Below are positions 43,316 to 54,792 of a stretch of 64,000 nt of DNA, in pieces. The notes beneath the pieces were generated by a model, which saw only the letters and a list, made by a program, of their open reading frames with translations, was not told the DNA's origin and did not search any database. The stretch's first letter is position 1. Each line of letters opens with the position of its first letter. This DNA is from TPA_inf: Saccharomyces (Eukaryota). The stretch spans positions 64,001-128,000 of the forward strand of contig BK006944.2 in assembly GCA_000146045.2 (NCBI GenBank), read 5' to 3'. A program made the position numbers and the translations under genes.

Positions 43316-44599
43316 ATGCGTAAGTGTAAAATTTTTGTTGGTAACTCTCACCCAGAGTTGGGTAATATGGTTTGCCAAAGATTAGGTATCGAACCAGCTC
43401 CATGTACATTAAAAAAATTTGCAAATGGTGAAACGTCAGTTCAAATCGGTGTATCTGTTCGTGACGAAGATGTGTATGTCATTCAATCTGGTTCTCCATC
43501 CATAAATGATGACATTATGGAACTGTTGATTTTAGTTTCTGCCTGTAGGGGCGGATCTGCTAGGAAAATTACAGCAGTCATTCCTCAATTTCCTTACTCT
43601 AAACAATGTAAAATGAAGAGACACAGAGGCGCTATTACTGCAAGGATGTTGGCCAATCTGTTGGTCATGGCTGGCGCTGATCATGTTGTGTCTATGGACC
43701 TTCATGCTTCTCAAATGCAGGGGTTTTTCACCAAACCAGTCGATAACCTATACGGGGGCCCTAGTTTAGCGAAATGGATTAGAGAAAATGTTGAAGACTA
43801 TGAAGATGCAGTAGTTGTCTCTAAGAATCCAGGTGGTACTAAAAGAGTTACAGCCCTGGCGGATTCTTTGAAGATCAACTTTGCTATGATCCATACTGAT
43901 CGTCGTCGTTCTAAGGATCTGTATTCTCAAAACAAGGATTTGCAACAACTAAAGTTGAGAAAGCAATCAATGTTGAGGAAAAATAGACCGATCATCAGAC
44001 AAGGTGACCATCCAAATGAGGAGGAAAACATTATTTTAAGTAACGGTATTCAAACTGCTAGGATCCGTAACGGCCACGTTATCGGTGACGATGAGGCAGA
44101 CGATGATGAAGACGCTATCTTAGAATCTGACAGCGAATTGCATTCTATTGATGGCTTAGACTCGCATGGCTTGGGCGGTACATATGATGCTGTCGACTCC
44201 GAAGACGAAGAGGAAATCCCAGTTCTCTATAGGGAACAACTGATTACATTGGTCGGAAACGTCCGTGGTCGCTCTGCCATCATTCTAGATGATATGATTG
44301 ATAGACCTGGGTCATTTATTAGCGCTGCTGAACATTTGGTGCAAAATTGTGGTGCCAAAAAGGTTTATGTTGTTGCTACTCACGGTATATTCACTGGAGA
44401 CTGTTTGGAAGAACTTGAAAAGTCCGATGCCATTGACACAATTGTGGTCACAAATACATATCCGATTTCTGGCGAACGCATAGCTGGGTCCAAGAAATTG
44501 GTTACTATCGATGTTTCTCCAATTTTCGCAGAATGTATCCGTCGTGATCATTATGGTGAGAGTATTTCCGTTTTATTTGACTCTTTGGCAGCTCTGTAA
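43316..44599 (+). CDS. PRS1: PRS1, PRPP synthetase subunit with a non-homologous insertion.
   Basis: A 427-aa ORF. The PRPP-synthetase motifs DLHASQMQGFF and a pyrophosphate/PRPP-binding region are interrupted by a long acidic insertion (DDEADDDEDA...). Confidence 0.9.
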   Translation: MRKCKIFVGNSHPELGNMVCQRLGIEPAPCTLKKFANGETSVQIGVSVRDEDVYVIQSGSPSINDDIMELLILVSACRGGSARKITAVIPQFPYSKQCKMKRHRGAITARMLANLLVMAGADHVVSMDLHASQMQGFFTKPVDNLYGGPSLAKWIRENVEDYEDAVVVSKNPGGTKRVTALADSLKINFAMIHTDRRRSKDLYSQNKDLQQLKLRKQSMLRKNRPIIRQGDHPNEEENIILSNGIQTARIRNGHVIGDDEADDDEDAILESDSELHSIDGLDSHGLGGTYDAVDSEDEEEIPVLYREQLITLVGNVRGRSAIILDDMIDRPGSFISAAEHLVQNCGAKKVYVVATHGIFTGDCLEELEKSDAIDTIVVTNTYPISGERIAGSKKLVTIDVSPIFAECIRRDHYGESISVLFDSLAAL

Positions 44600-44920
44600 A
44601 CAGAAGAGAGTGTGCGCAATATTTTAGTTCTTAAATATGACATAGATTATCAAAAAACTTTGTATGTTTGCCAGATTTCAGTGAATCTGCAAGAGTATAA
44701 ATTATAGGAATTTGGGTGAATTAAACCATTTATTATGTTTTATGTATCATGGAAAAAACAGAACCTTTATCAAATCATCTATGAAATTTTGACAGGTTAG
44801 CCATTTTCCTCATTTTATTGCTCTGCAATAGTAAATTATATAGATTTATGCAATGCTCTAGGTTCCGGCGGCTTTTCATTTAATGTGAACTCAAGACTAT
44901 TATCATCCAAACACATTACA

Positions 44921-44933
44921 ACATCCGTACATT
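44921..44933 (+). promoter_or_regulatory. Rap1 binding-site match ACATCCGTACATT (ACAYCCRTACATY), about 335 bp upstream of RPL17A.
   Basis: A perfect match to the degenerate Rap1 consensus, in the expected position for a ribosomal-protein gene UAS. Confidence 0.5.
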
Positions 44934-45268
44934 TAGTTGGCTCCATTTTTTGAAAAAATACTTCCGAGTAAGATGCTGAAAGTAATCAAATTCCGTGAAA
45001 AAGGAACCGATTTGGTAAGGGCGGACCTGCCGGAAGAAAATCGCTCCCGCGTGTCTACTGGACTTTGCTTCTTTGCCAGGCGGGAGAATGAAGCCCACCG
45101 GCCTAGCTCTATGGGCGCAGACAGGGATGGTCTCGATTTGCTTTCTCACTGCAATGGAAATTTCTAACATTAGAGCTTCAACGGCTAGCATAAAACAACT
45201 ACTAACGTTTTCAGTGCTATATTCGAAAGAGCAAACAAAGAGTCCTCAAGAACTACTAATAGATTAAA

Positions 45269-46129
45269 ATGGCTAGATACGGTGCTACTTCCACTAACCC
45301 TGCTAAATCCGCTTCTGCTCGTGGTTCCTACTTGCGTGTTTCTTTCAAGAACACCAGAGAAACTGCTCAAGCTATTAACGGTTGGGAATTGACCAAGGCT
45401 CAAAAATACTTGGAACAAGTTTTGGACCACCAAAGAGCTATTCCTTTCAGAAGATTTAACTCTTCCATCGGTAGAACTGCTCAAGGTAAGGAATTTGGTG
45501 TCACCAAGGCTAGATGGCCAGCTAAGTCTGTTAAGTTCGTTCAAGGTTTGTTGCAAAACGCCGCTGCCAACGCTGAAGTATGTCAAGAATATTATATGTT
45601 TAGTACCAGATGAAACAAGAATGAGTTGAAATTCAAAATGCGCGGAAAATCCATTATGATCAAGGGAAATTGAATATGATAAATGAATTATTCAGAAAGT
45701 CACAATTACCAGATTGGAATGAACTGTCAAGCTGAAAAGCAACTAAGGATTACCATTACGTGTTTATGATTTTGTTAGAAAAATATTGAAAACTTGATAT
45801 TTCTTTCCGCTAGTTTCATCTTTTTCAATTACTTAACCGGATCAAAATTTTTTTTACTAACAACATAACTATTTTTATTACAGGCTAAAGGTTTGGATGC
45901 TACTAAATTGTACGTTTCTCATATCCAAGTTAACCAAGCTCCAAAGCAAAGAAGAAGAACTTACAGAGCTCACGGTAGAATCAACAAGTACGAATCTTCT
46001 CCATCCCACATTGAATTAGTTGTCACTGAAAAGGAAGAAGCTGTCGCCAAGGCTGCTGAAAAGAAGGTCGTTAGATTGACTTCTAGACAAAGAGGTAGAA
46101 TCGCCGCCCAAAAGCGTATTGCTGCTTAA
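45269..46129 (+). CDS. RPL17A: RPL17A, ribosomal protein L17 (uL22). It is spliced: exon 1 is 45269..45577 and exon 2 is 45884..46129.
   Basis: Exon 1 encodes [38 protein letters not shown]...NAAANAE (103 aa). Exon 2 encodes [52 protein letters not shown]...QKRIAA. The total is 184 aa. Confidence 0.93.
45578..45883 (+). other. RPL17A: RPL17A intron, 306 nt.
   Basis: GTATGT lies at 45578, TACTAAC at 45855-45861, and a TTACAG 3' splice site ends at 45883. The intron restores the frame, which gives 555 nt of CDS. Confidence 0.9.
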
Positions 46130-46463
46130 ATAGAAGATGAAAAATAATGATAATATAATTCTCTGTTAATTTTAATCTTTTATCTATGTAATTTTATCTC
46201 CCCGTCATATCACATAACTCTAAAATAAGTTTTTTATTAATATTATTATATTATATCGGATAATCCTACGTTCAAAGTATTGAACATAGTTTTATAATGA
46301 ACAAAGGTATAAGAAATGCTCATAAACTGAAAAAATCCCGTAGATAAGATAATAAGAAATGCTACTGTCTATATCAATATGTCAATCGTTACTCATTCCC
46401 TCTCTAGTACGGAACGTGTGCGTTCTTCATACCGAGCTATTAGAATTTAGTGAATAAAGGCAT

Positions 46464-48503
46464 CTATCGATTTATGCCATGAACTGAACCAACGCCTGCA
46501 GCTACTTTTTCTGCTCCCCCAAGTCCTCCGTTGAGATTTGAAGAAGACTTTGCCGATTGTACTATACCAACCTCAGGTGTCATGTAGCCGCTAATATTAA
46601 TCACATACATGCTCATCATGAATACGAGTCCGTGTAAACCGATACAGTAAAAGAGGAATACCATCCTTGTCATTTTATTTTGTAAAATGACTTTTGCAAA
46701 ACTGGAAAATAACTTCTCTAAAGCTGATAATTTCTTGTTTTTGTAGTGGTTTAATTCGTTCTGTCTAAAATTTGCCATTGGATGCAACGATTCATCATAC
46801 ACCCTTGAGTATTGGGATTCCACGTCAATACGCTCTGTACTTTGATTAACGGGAGCGTTGTTATTATTATAGGATTGCAGATACCTAATCCGTTCATAAA
46901 GCTTCGTATTGTCGCCTTTTAGCTTCGAAATTTCTAGTTTAAGCTTACCCTTTTCTGAGTTTCCTTGTCTTAGTTGCTTTTCCAGATCCATATTTCTCGA
47001 ACGAAATCTGTCTCTTTGTTTAGTAACTATTGGTAAAATGGTTGATTGGTTTCCAGAAAGTTCCCCATCTTCTGGAATACCAATAATAGAACTCGTTGGG
47101 GACATTTTATGGGACGTACGATTGTTCATTTGTCTTGTTACACCAGACATCATACTTGCAGTCTCGTTGAAGTGAGGACTGACGTTCTCTACTTTTTCTA
47201 GGTCCGTCTCTAATTTTTCATTTGCTTCTTTGAGAGTAGCTATTTGCTGCTTCAATTGGTCCACAGATTTTTTCAATTCGTTTCGTTCTTCCTCTTGAGC
47301 CGTACTTTTTGAGCGGTATTCCGCCAAAGTAGCCTGGAGCTTCTTATTTGCAGATAGTAAGGAACTTTCGAAAGTATTATCATTCTTGTCTTCAGAGCGA
47401 ATGTCATTATCAGAATCATCTTCGTTTACCCCAAACTCAATTTTTTTCAATGCAGAAAGTTCTTCTTTTATCTTATTGTAATCAGAATAATTGTTTAGTT
47501 TTCTTCTAACAGTTTCTAGCTCCGACTTGTAAGATTCCGATTCCGCCACAACGCTATTTAATTGTTCTTTTAACTCATTTATTGCATGTGATGTTGATTT
47601 CCGTTCCTGCTCATAGGATGCACTCAACAATGCATTTTCGCTTTCCAGCTGGTTAAGTTTTAGTTCCTTTGCATGTAACTCAGTTTCTTTTTCTGCTTCA
47701 CTAGTTGCCTTTGCAAGAGCACCACTTAGTTCCTCATTTCTTTTCTCTAACTGATATATTCTAGCCTGCGTAGTTTCCAACTCCTGTGTTACTAGATTAT
47801 ATTCAGCAATCCTTGTAGATACTTCTTTTTGATTGTTTTCTTGGTCACCATCTTCGTTTCCATTACCTTCTATATCTATATTTTTAGATATTTTGGCCTC
47901 TAGTGCCTTGTTTTGCTCCTGTACATTTGTTAATTGTTTCAATAGATCTGCTTCTCTCTCTTTCCAATTTCTTCCTTTTTCCTCCCAGGTAGAATTGATT
48001 TCTTGAGTTTTCGCAGTCAGTCTTTTTGCCAATGTTTTTGCAGAGCTTTGCTCTAGGTCCAGTAACCTTGATTTCAAAGTCTCATAATCTGCATATTTGG
48101 CTAGCTTATCTTCTAGGTAGCTTATTTTTTCCTTAAGTTCCTTCGAGTCATCAATTTTGCCCAATTTTTCCAACGAACTTTGTAGTAGCGGCTGTGGATC
48201 AGGAGCCTCTGAAAGCTTTTCGTATACGTCAAAAAGAACCTTTTCAGAGAATTTTGATCTCTGTGTCAAATTATCAATTTCACGTTGGTACTGCTTAATT
48301 ATTTTATTCACATTGTTCAATTTTTCCTCAGGTTCGAGTTTTTTAAATTTTTTAGTCTCAGTGGCTAATGACTTTCTTGAATTCAAGGACAGGGTTTCTT
48401 TATCCTTAATCTCTATAACATCAGCATCCAATTCTCTTTGAAGATTCGTTAAATCTGCCTTGGCCCAAATATCCAATGCATGAGAATATACTGACGTATC
48501 CAT
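46464..48503 (-). CDS. COY1: COY1, Golgi membrane golgin (CASP homolog), a coiled-coil protein with a C-terminal TM anchor.
   Basis: A 679-aa ORF beginning MDTSVYSHALDIW.... It has extensive heptad coiled coil and a C-terminal hydrophobic anchor VFLFYCIGLHGLVFMMSMYVI. The ORF-track start at 48509 adds MT. Confidence 0.88.
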   Translation of the reverse strand: MDTSVYSHALDIWAKADLTNLQRELDADVIEIKDKETLSLNSRKSLATETKKFKKLEPEEKLNNVNKIIKQYQREIDNLTQRSKFSEKVLFDVYEKLSEAPDPQPLLQSSLEKLGKIDDSKELKEKISYLEDKLAKYADYETLKSRLLDLEQSSAKTLAKRLTAKTQEINSTWEEKGRNWKEREADLLKQLTNVQEQNKALEAKISKNIDIEGNGNEDGDQENNQKEVSTRIAEYNLVTQELETTQARIYQLEKRNEELSGALAKATSEAEKETELHAKELKLNQLESENALLSASYEQERKSTSHAINELKEQLNSVVAESESYKSELETVRRKLNNYSDYNKIKEELSALKKIEFGVNEDDSDNDIRSEDKNDNTFESSLLSANKKLQATLAEYRSKSTAQEEERNELKKSVDQLKQQIATLKEANEKLETDLEKVENVSPHFNETASMMSGVTRQMNNRTSHKMSPTSSIIGIPEDGELSGNQSTILPIVTKQRDRFRSRNMDLEKQLRQGNSEKGKLKLEISKLKGDNTKLYERIRYLQSYNNNNAPVNQSTERIDVESQYSRVYDESLHPMANFRQNELNHYKNKKLSALEKLFSSFAKVILQNKMTRMVFLFYCIGLHGLVFMMSMYVINISGYMTPEVGIVQSAKSSSNLNGGLGGAEKVAAGVGSVHGINR

Positions 48504-49214
48504 TGTCAAATTATTTTTGACGAGCTAATATAACAGAGTGAAGAAATGAAGCAATTACGCACAATTTATTGTACTGTGTTCATTCAAAACTCTTAAACAT
48601 ATTATTTTGGCATTTTCATGAGCCCCAAGATAATATCATTTGTTACGTAACATTCTCTATGACAGTAATGGTTTTCTTGAATGACACAAGTAACCACTAC
48701 AACTTGGTGTGCAGAATAGTGATAGAGCGAACTGAAATTGTGGGTACCTAAATATTCTTTGATTATGAGCGGAGATATGATGCTCTTTCATGTTTTCCTG
48801 GCCTGAATTTTGGTATGCTCCTAAAAAAATGGCCAATTAAGTGATCGTGCCAATTCTCTCGTTTATTAAAGACTGTTCTGCTAATCGACTTTTGGAGCAA
48901 AAGCTTACTTTTGTTTCGAGCTTAAAAAATTTTTCTTGTGTGGAACTTGTATCAATTTCTCCTTATATTTATATATAATACAGACGTTATTGCTTTTCTA
49001 TAGAAAAAAATAGAAACCAAAGTAGCAAAAAAGCAGTAAATATTAAAGTAAAGTTTACACACAATTCGTCATTTTTACCGCTAAGCCACATATTAGCTGA
49101 TGAGCTCATCGTTACATTATTTGAGCCACAATTCACTAAAAAGCAGTATTTCAATCCTAGTCCTGTAAAAATAAAATACTCCTAGTCCAGTAAATATAAT
49201 GCGACACTCTTGTG

Positions 49215-50627
49215 TTAAGGGCCTGCAGTATTTTCTGAACTATGTTCGTTTGAGCTTGAATTCTCTTCTTTTGAAGCTGGAGAGTAGCAAAGACTTTCCC
49301 CTTCAAAATTGGAGCTTGCAGAATTATGAAGCTTTTCTGAATAATCGAGAGTAACTTTTGAGAATCCTCCAAGTGATATTTCGTCGTCAAAGCTCTGTCC
49401 TTGCGTGACGTAAGGGATGTGCCTACTTTCTTTTAGGTCTATTTCATCAAGAATATCATCTGTTTCTTTATCAGCAAACAAATATTTTTTGCTTTTATTT
49501 TGAGATTTTCTAGGATCATCTGGAATCCTATAGTCGACATAGAAATGCGCTTGTGATATTGGTGTACCTACACAGGGAGAATAGTTTTCTGTACACGTGG
49601 AGATATAGTTCTCAGAGTCTGTAGAAAATGGGTTACGGCTCTCTTTGCGTGAGGACAGCTTGTTTAGCAATATGCCTACTCGTTTTTCCTTATTCTTATC
49701 AATGAATCTTTTCCACATGTCAAGTACAAATCCTAGTTTGATGGAACGCAGGAATTTAGAGTACATATGCAAAGCATCAGAACCTAAGCCAAAGATTAGA
49801 AATACTAGGTAAGACATCAAAACATAAAGCCATATATTATAAATTGGTCTGCCAGGGTCAAATTTAATAATGGTATTCCAGATGGTGCTGGAATGGGTAT
49901 TTTTAAAAGTATAGTGTCCTTCTACCTGCTGTAAATCTTGAACAAAGGTGTAAACAGAAAAAGGGAACATGACTAAAATAATAATGAAACAGAATATCAA
50001 CAGCCTTGCGAACCTTGTCAGGTTTAAACCTGAATTGGTACAGTGTAAAATATCCCTAACGTCCTTGCGTTTTTTATAAAACACGAACAGTACTAAGGTG
50101 GCATAAACAGCGCCCACAAATGACCATATAAGCATCCACATGGTATACAAAACAGTGGTAATCCATGTCGGAGACAATAAGTTTTGGCAACCGTTGTAAC
50201 GAGCGATACCATATCTAAATACTTGTAACAGATATGAAAATCCCATGACCATGACAGGTGTGAACAAGCTAATCACAAGGTCCTTGACGATTTTCGTCCA
50301 TGATGAAAGATCCGGTAAAACACTATCTGCCTTCAAAATTGTATGCAAGTTGTAAATGATGTTGGTAACGGCACATGATATGCCAATATTCGCACCAACC
50401 TGCAACTTGATGACAATATCACACCAACCTTTACCATCCCATCTCGTGAGGAAATCGTCGTCACTCCATATTGCCGCATCTACAATACACGTTAAATTCA
50501 TTGTAAGAAGCCATGTTATCAAAATGATTGCTGGAATATTCTTGGTATGTGAATGCCATGCTAAAGGGGGAGCTAATAGTATCACAGCTAGCAAACAAAG
50601 CCCTATTATTGCTGACTTGTATGACAT
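49215..50627 (-). CDS. STE3: STE3, a-factor pheromone receptor (GPCR), alpha-cell specific.
   Basis: A 470-aa ORF with seven TM helices at the N-terminus and a long hydrophilic tail. I recognise it as YKL178C. Confidence 0.92.
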   Translation of the reverse strand: MSYKSAIIGLCLLAVILLAPPLAWHSHTKNIPAIILITWLLTMNLTCIVDAAIWSDDDFLTRWDGKGWCDIVIKLQVGANIGISCAVTNIIYNLHTILKADSVLPDLSSWTKIVKDLVISLFTPVMVMGFSYLLQVFRYGIARYNGCQNLLSPTWITTVLYTMWMLIWSFVGAVYATLVLFVFYKKRKDVRDILHCTNSGLNLTRFARLLIFCFIIILVMFPFSVYTFVQDLQQVEGHYTFKNTHSSTIWNTIIKFDPGRPIYNIWLYVLMSYLVFLIFGLGSDALHMYSKFLRSIKLGFVLDMWKRFIDKNKEKRVGILLNKLSSRKESRNPFSTDSENYISTCTENYSPCVGTPISQAHFYVDYRIPDDPRKSQNKSKKYLFADKETDDILDEIDLKESRHIPYVTQGQSFDDEISLGGFSKVTLDYSEKLHNSASSNFEGESLCYSPASKEENSSSNEHSSENTAGP

Positions 50628-50942
50628 GAAAATTTTGATAGTATTTTGCCTTTCCTACACAAATTTAATTGCCTCTAAAGTTAAAAAGCAATAAAATAGA
50701 ATATGTGAATACTGCACAAAATGAATACTTGGGAATTCAGAAATTATTCTTACCTTAAGCATCCACTCATATACATATATATATATATATATGTCTTTTC
50801 AAAAGACTTCTGCCCAAATTGTGGAGAGAACTCTGCCTCTCCGTGATAACGGCCAAATGAAACGCATCCAATGATGCAATTATTGACAAAGTTTCAAAGT
50901 TTCCGCCATTATTCCTTCATTTACACATTGATAGTCGAGAAG

Positions 50943-50968
50943 TTTCCTAATTAGTGTCACAATGACAG
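50943..50968. promoter_or_regulatory. STE3 upstream activating P'Q element: Mcm1 half-palindrome TTTCCTAATTAGT followed by the alpha1 (Q) site GTCACAATGACAG.
   Basis: TTTCCTAATTAGTGTCACAATGACAG is seen directly, about 320-340 bp upstream of the STE3 ATG. It matches the known alpha-specific-gene UAS architecture. Confidence 0.7.
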
Positions 50969-51499
50969 AGAAAATTGTACCAGCGCTTCTAACGAAAATT
51001 AGCACCCATACCCAGAGTTCATAAATCTGGCAATGTGGTACAATAATATAGGATTGGTAACATTTCAATTGTAAAATGTTTAACGTTTAGAGAAAAGGGG
51101 AGCCAGAACGCTTCTGGTGGTGTAAATACGGAGAAGTCACCTTAAATAGTTTTGTTCTGATAATTGCATTTTTTTGGAAAGATTTGGCTGCTTAAAAGAT
51201 TCAAGCAATCAAGAGAAACATTACAAGGCCTGCTTGGCCGGTCTACTAGGCTGAAATAATAAGTTTCTGATTATGGTTATCACGGTAAATGATTACGAAA
51301 GGGTAAAGCAACGAATGGTTGTTTTATGGTAAGAATACTTTGGCGAATCAACAAATTGAAGTTGCGCAATGTGCGATTCGCTTATGTATCAAAAAAAACT
51401 AAAAAATGAATAGAGAAAATCATATATATAAAAGAAAAAAATATCGTACACCTCTTAGGTAACTTGGAATATATTAAACATGTAAAGAAGGAGAAAACA

Positions 51500-53986
51500 T
51501 TAACCTGCATTACAATAATGAACAAGAGATGAAAAAATCCGTAAAGCTTCTGAATCGCGAAGCTCACTATCTATTCCATTATCATCATATAACATCATTG
51601 CACTCTTTATACTATTTTCAACAAAATTAACGCAGTTTTCCAAACTAGTACTTAGCTTGCCAATCTTGCCACAGGAAAAGATTTTTCTGGTCTTCTGTTT
51701 CAACACGTACTTCCTTTTTCCGACAAAATTCTCATCATAGATATTCTGGTTGCTGTTATTGTTGTTATTGCCAGTAAACTCTCTTTTCAATGCGACATCC
51801 CTAATGTCCCTTGAACGTAACGATACTAATAGACTTCTTGTGTAATCCGCCTTTAACAGGTCAATCTTCATAGAATTTGTTATTCTGCTCTCTGATTCTT
51901 GACCAGCAGGACATGCTTGCAACTGGAAAAAATTGTTAAAATGGGTTAAATACATTGTATATTTCGGCAATAGTTCCAGAGGTTTATTCATCAAGCCATC
52001 ATCAATATCAGAATCAGTAGTCAAAATATCCGCATAAGAAGAGTTACCTGGAAAAATTTCGTAAGTGGAATTAAGGTCAGCCAAAGAGGGCTGACATATT
52101 CTTTCAAAAGCCTCATCCAAAAGATCATCCTGAGAGATCCTTTGGCAATCTCTTTTCAACTCAACGTTCTTTAGTGGAAATTTATATGATATATTCTTAA
52201 CCAATGGGGGTGCGTGAGACACATCTCCAACATTAGGAGAGCCAGGTGTGCCCATCCAAGGATACTCATCATATTCGCTGATAGACGGTGATTGTTGCGG
52301 AGTGGTTAGTGATAACCTGGAGGTTGCTTGCTGCAAAGAAGACGAACTTGAAGTCCTTTGCATATTTCCAGCAGTTGTTTGCAGCCTCTCCCACGACTCG
52401 TTGTGTTTTAAAGAAGGGCTTGGTTGAAAGAACTGAGAAATTGTTGGCCTTTTGTTGAACCAAGAACCGTACGAACCAGGTTGGCTTGAGATAGAAGACG
52501 ATAGATAATGCAATGAACTACTCCCACTTTTGAAGGAAGATGGCTGAATAACTTCCGCTAAAGACTCACTAGAAGACACAGATACTGAAGTGTTCGAGTT
52601 CCTCCGATTGGGTATTTGCCATCCTTTCCTCAAAGAATGGAAATTGGGTGATCCAATGCTGTTAGAGCTCACATTACTGTTGTTGTAATTATGATTGCTA
52701 TTATTTTCTGTGCGACTCAAAAGGTTGTCTGTTGAAGTCAGTGTGCTCAATTCCGTCTCAGGCTTATCGACAAAATTATTGTTAGACTTATTTCTTGATA
52801 CAGCGGACGAATCCGATCTTATGTTTTCCCGCCGTATCGTTATTTGTCCCTTGTACTTTGGCTCCAATAAAGCCGATAAGATGAACAGTAACTTGTTAGC
52901 AACCACCATGTTTCCTGACAGGATTACGATCTTGGATGTCTTTAGTTCTCTTATAGTGTGCCTGTAATCAGATATAATCATTGCCATTAGGAGAGGAAGG
53001 AAGCCTAGTTTCGGTCCATCTTTGATTTCAATCCAATTAAATATACTTTTGAACCAAACGTGAACGAATTCTTTAAATGTCTCAGGGTAAAGGAAAAGCC
53101 TAGGAATCTCAGACATAGAACGTAAACCTGGTATGACTCTTTTTTGTAAAGTTTGCACCATTATTTCAATTTCCTTGGGATAATGCGTCCTGATGTCAAT
53201 ATTTGACAATTTTATGACTGAATTATTGCTGTAATTGCCAGTATTTTCTTGCATAATACGGTTTTTAGTCAAGAAACCAATGAGCATTTTTTGAGTCTGG
53301 GTCAACCATGATGAAATGGAAGACCACGACTCTGCAACTACGGGCAACAATATCCTCGGTATGCATAAGCTAATTGCGATGCGGTTGTATTGGTGTGTGT
53401 AATAGAAAATTCTAGTTATGAGTACCAAATCCGAGTTAGGAATCGTCCTTATCTTGTCGCACTGCGTCAAATCGGAAGATCTTACGGGAGAACCAAATAT
53501 ATATTCCTTCAATTCACTCGGCCGTATCTGCTCCATCGAATTTGAAATCTTTGACGTAGTGTAATCGAAGATATCACGGTAGTTGTTCCTACACGCCATT
53601 TGACCCGCTTCCTCAATGATCAAAATCCTGAATGCATACGTTTTTTCGTTAATAGACGTGATTTTATCAGTACCAAGACCTCCGTTGTTTTGTAACGTAT
53701 CGATAGGACGACTATAAGGAATATCCCTCGAGCCGAAAAGCTTCAGTTTTAAGTCATCCGATATATGATCTAAAATGGGCGGAGAAGTCGTTGATAGCAT
53801 TTCCGAAGGCTTTTCCACATTGACTGCAGTATCTAAAAGAGCTCCAGCAGCGGTCTTAGTAGTTCCTGTGCTTGCCGCTTTGCAGTATACAGGGACATTG
53901 GGAACTACGGAGGAAAAATCGGAATGCTCTGAGCTCTTCTCAAAACCAGACGAACTCGTCTTATTTCTCAGTAAATTACCCAACAT
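51500..53986 (-). CDS. LST4: LST4, DENN-like subunit of the Lst4-Lst7 GAP complex for Gtr2 in TORC1 amino-acid signalling.
   Basis: An 828-aa ORF. It has a longin/DENN-like N-terminal region and a long S/N-rich disordered insert. I recognise it as YKL176C. Confidence 0.88.
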   Translation of the reverse strand: MLGNLLRNKTSSSGFEKSSEHSDFSSVVPNVPVYCKAASTGTTKTAAGALLDTAVNVEKPSEMLSTTSPPILDHISDDLKLKLFGSRDIPYSRPIDTLQNNGGLGTDKITSINEKTYAFRILIIEEAGQMACRNNYRDIFDYTTSKISNSMEQIRPSELKEYIFGSPVRSSDLTQCDKIRTIPNSDLVLITRIFYYTHQYNRIAISLCIPRILLPVVAESWSSISSWLTQTQKMLIGFLTKNRIMQENTGNYSNNSVIKLSNIDIRTHYPKEIEIMVQTLQKRVIPGLRSMSEIPRLFLYPETFKEFVHVWFKSIFNWIEIKDGPKLGFLPLLMAMIISDYRHTIRELKTSKIVILSGNMVVANKLLFILSALLEPKYKGQITIRRENIRSDSSAVSRNKSNNNFVDKPETELSTLTSTDNLLSRTENNSNHNYNNSNVSSNSIGSPNFHSLRKGWQIPNRRNSNTSVSVSSSESLAEVIQPSSFKSGSSSLHYLSSSISSQPGSYGSWFNKRPTISQFFQPSPSLKHNESWERLQTTAGNMQRTSSSSSLQQATSRLSLTTPQQSPSISEYDEYPWMGTPGSPNVGDVSHAPPLVKNISYKFPLKNVELKRDCQRISQDDLLDEAFERICQPSLADLNSTYEIFPGNSSYADILTTDSDIDDGLMNKPLELLPKYTMYLTHFNNFFQLQACPAGQESESRITNSMKIDLLKADYTRSLLVSLRSRDIRDVALKREFTGNNNNNSNQNIYDENFVGKRKYVLKQKTRKIFSCGKIGKLSTSLENCVNFVENSIKSAMMLYDDNGIDSELRDSEALRIFSSLVHYCNAG

Positions 53987-54637
53987 ATAAACTCTCCCTC
54001 TTCACCTTCTCTACAAGGCCACACACAAGACAGTTTTAACAGGCAAATGGTACTGGAGGCTCTCACCAATGGGGTTTAAGACGCTCCAAACACACGCTCT
54101 CCTTTTTTTCTTTATATATCGGTAGCAACGAAAGCTAGTCGCAGAACGTTACACACTAAAGCAGATCAATCAATCAATCCTGAGAACCTGCTTCGTTCAA
54201 ACCATCCACTAGAAGAAACACGCACGTGTACCCAAAAATAGAGACAAACAAACAGACAAAAATAACAATGATTCCTACCGACTAAAGTAAAACAACACTC
54301 ACGTAATAAAAAATCCTAGATACAACTCACTTGTATTCCTCTCTTCTTTGACCATCACTAAAGCTTCTCTCTTACTATATTCCTCAAATAAAAAAAAGTT
54401 GCAATGATTACTTACCAATGTGCCATAAACTCCGTGCACCACACTAGCCTTCGATTTGACACATCTCTAAGCTGAAACTGAGAATACTGTTGTAAAACAG
54501 GTATTGGCTGCTTCATAGTACACCCAATTGCCCACAACCCAAGTTAATCATAAGCTCTTGTTGTCGATGAATTGCTCAAAATGTGGCCATTCTTTCAATT
54601 TTGCACCTCTAAAACTGCTCCGTGGGTTGTGACAACA

Positions 54638-54648
54638 ACCTTAAGGGT
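54638..54648. promoter_or_regulatory. Zap1 zinc-responsive element (ZRE) candidate ACCTTAAGGGT, a 10/11 match to ACCTTNAAGGT, about 150 bp upstream of ZRT3.
   Basis: Seen directly. From established knowledge, ZRT3 is a Zap1 target. Confidence 0.5.
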
Positions 54649-54792
54649 AATGGACTTTTTTAGAAAGACAAATGAGATGATTTCACCTACTGGTATATCA
54701 TTTATTTATACACGACCGTTTTGACATTTCAGAGTTGCACGTTGGTATATCCTAATATTCTCACAAGCATCACAGTGAAGAAACGCAAGAAA

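Noticed and set aside
45578-45883. snoRNA hosted in the RPL17A intron.
   Set aside because: I scanned it by eye for C/D (RUGAUGA...CUGA) and H/ACA (ANANNA...ACA) box arrangements. Only an isolated CTGA is present, and no convincing box pairing.
50356-50694. 112-codon ORF antisense to the STE3 5' end (a dubious YKL177W-like ORF).
   Set aside because: It completely overlaps a well-established gene on the opposite strand, and the sequence is hydrophobic low-complexity.
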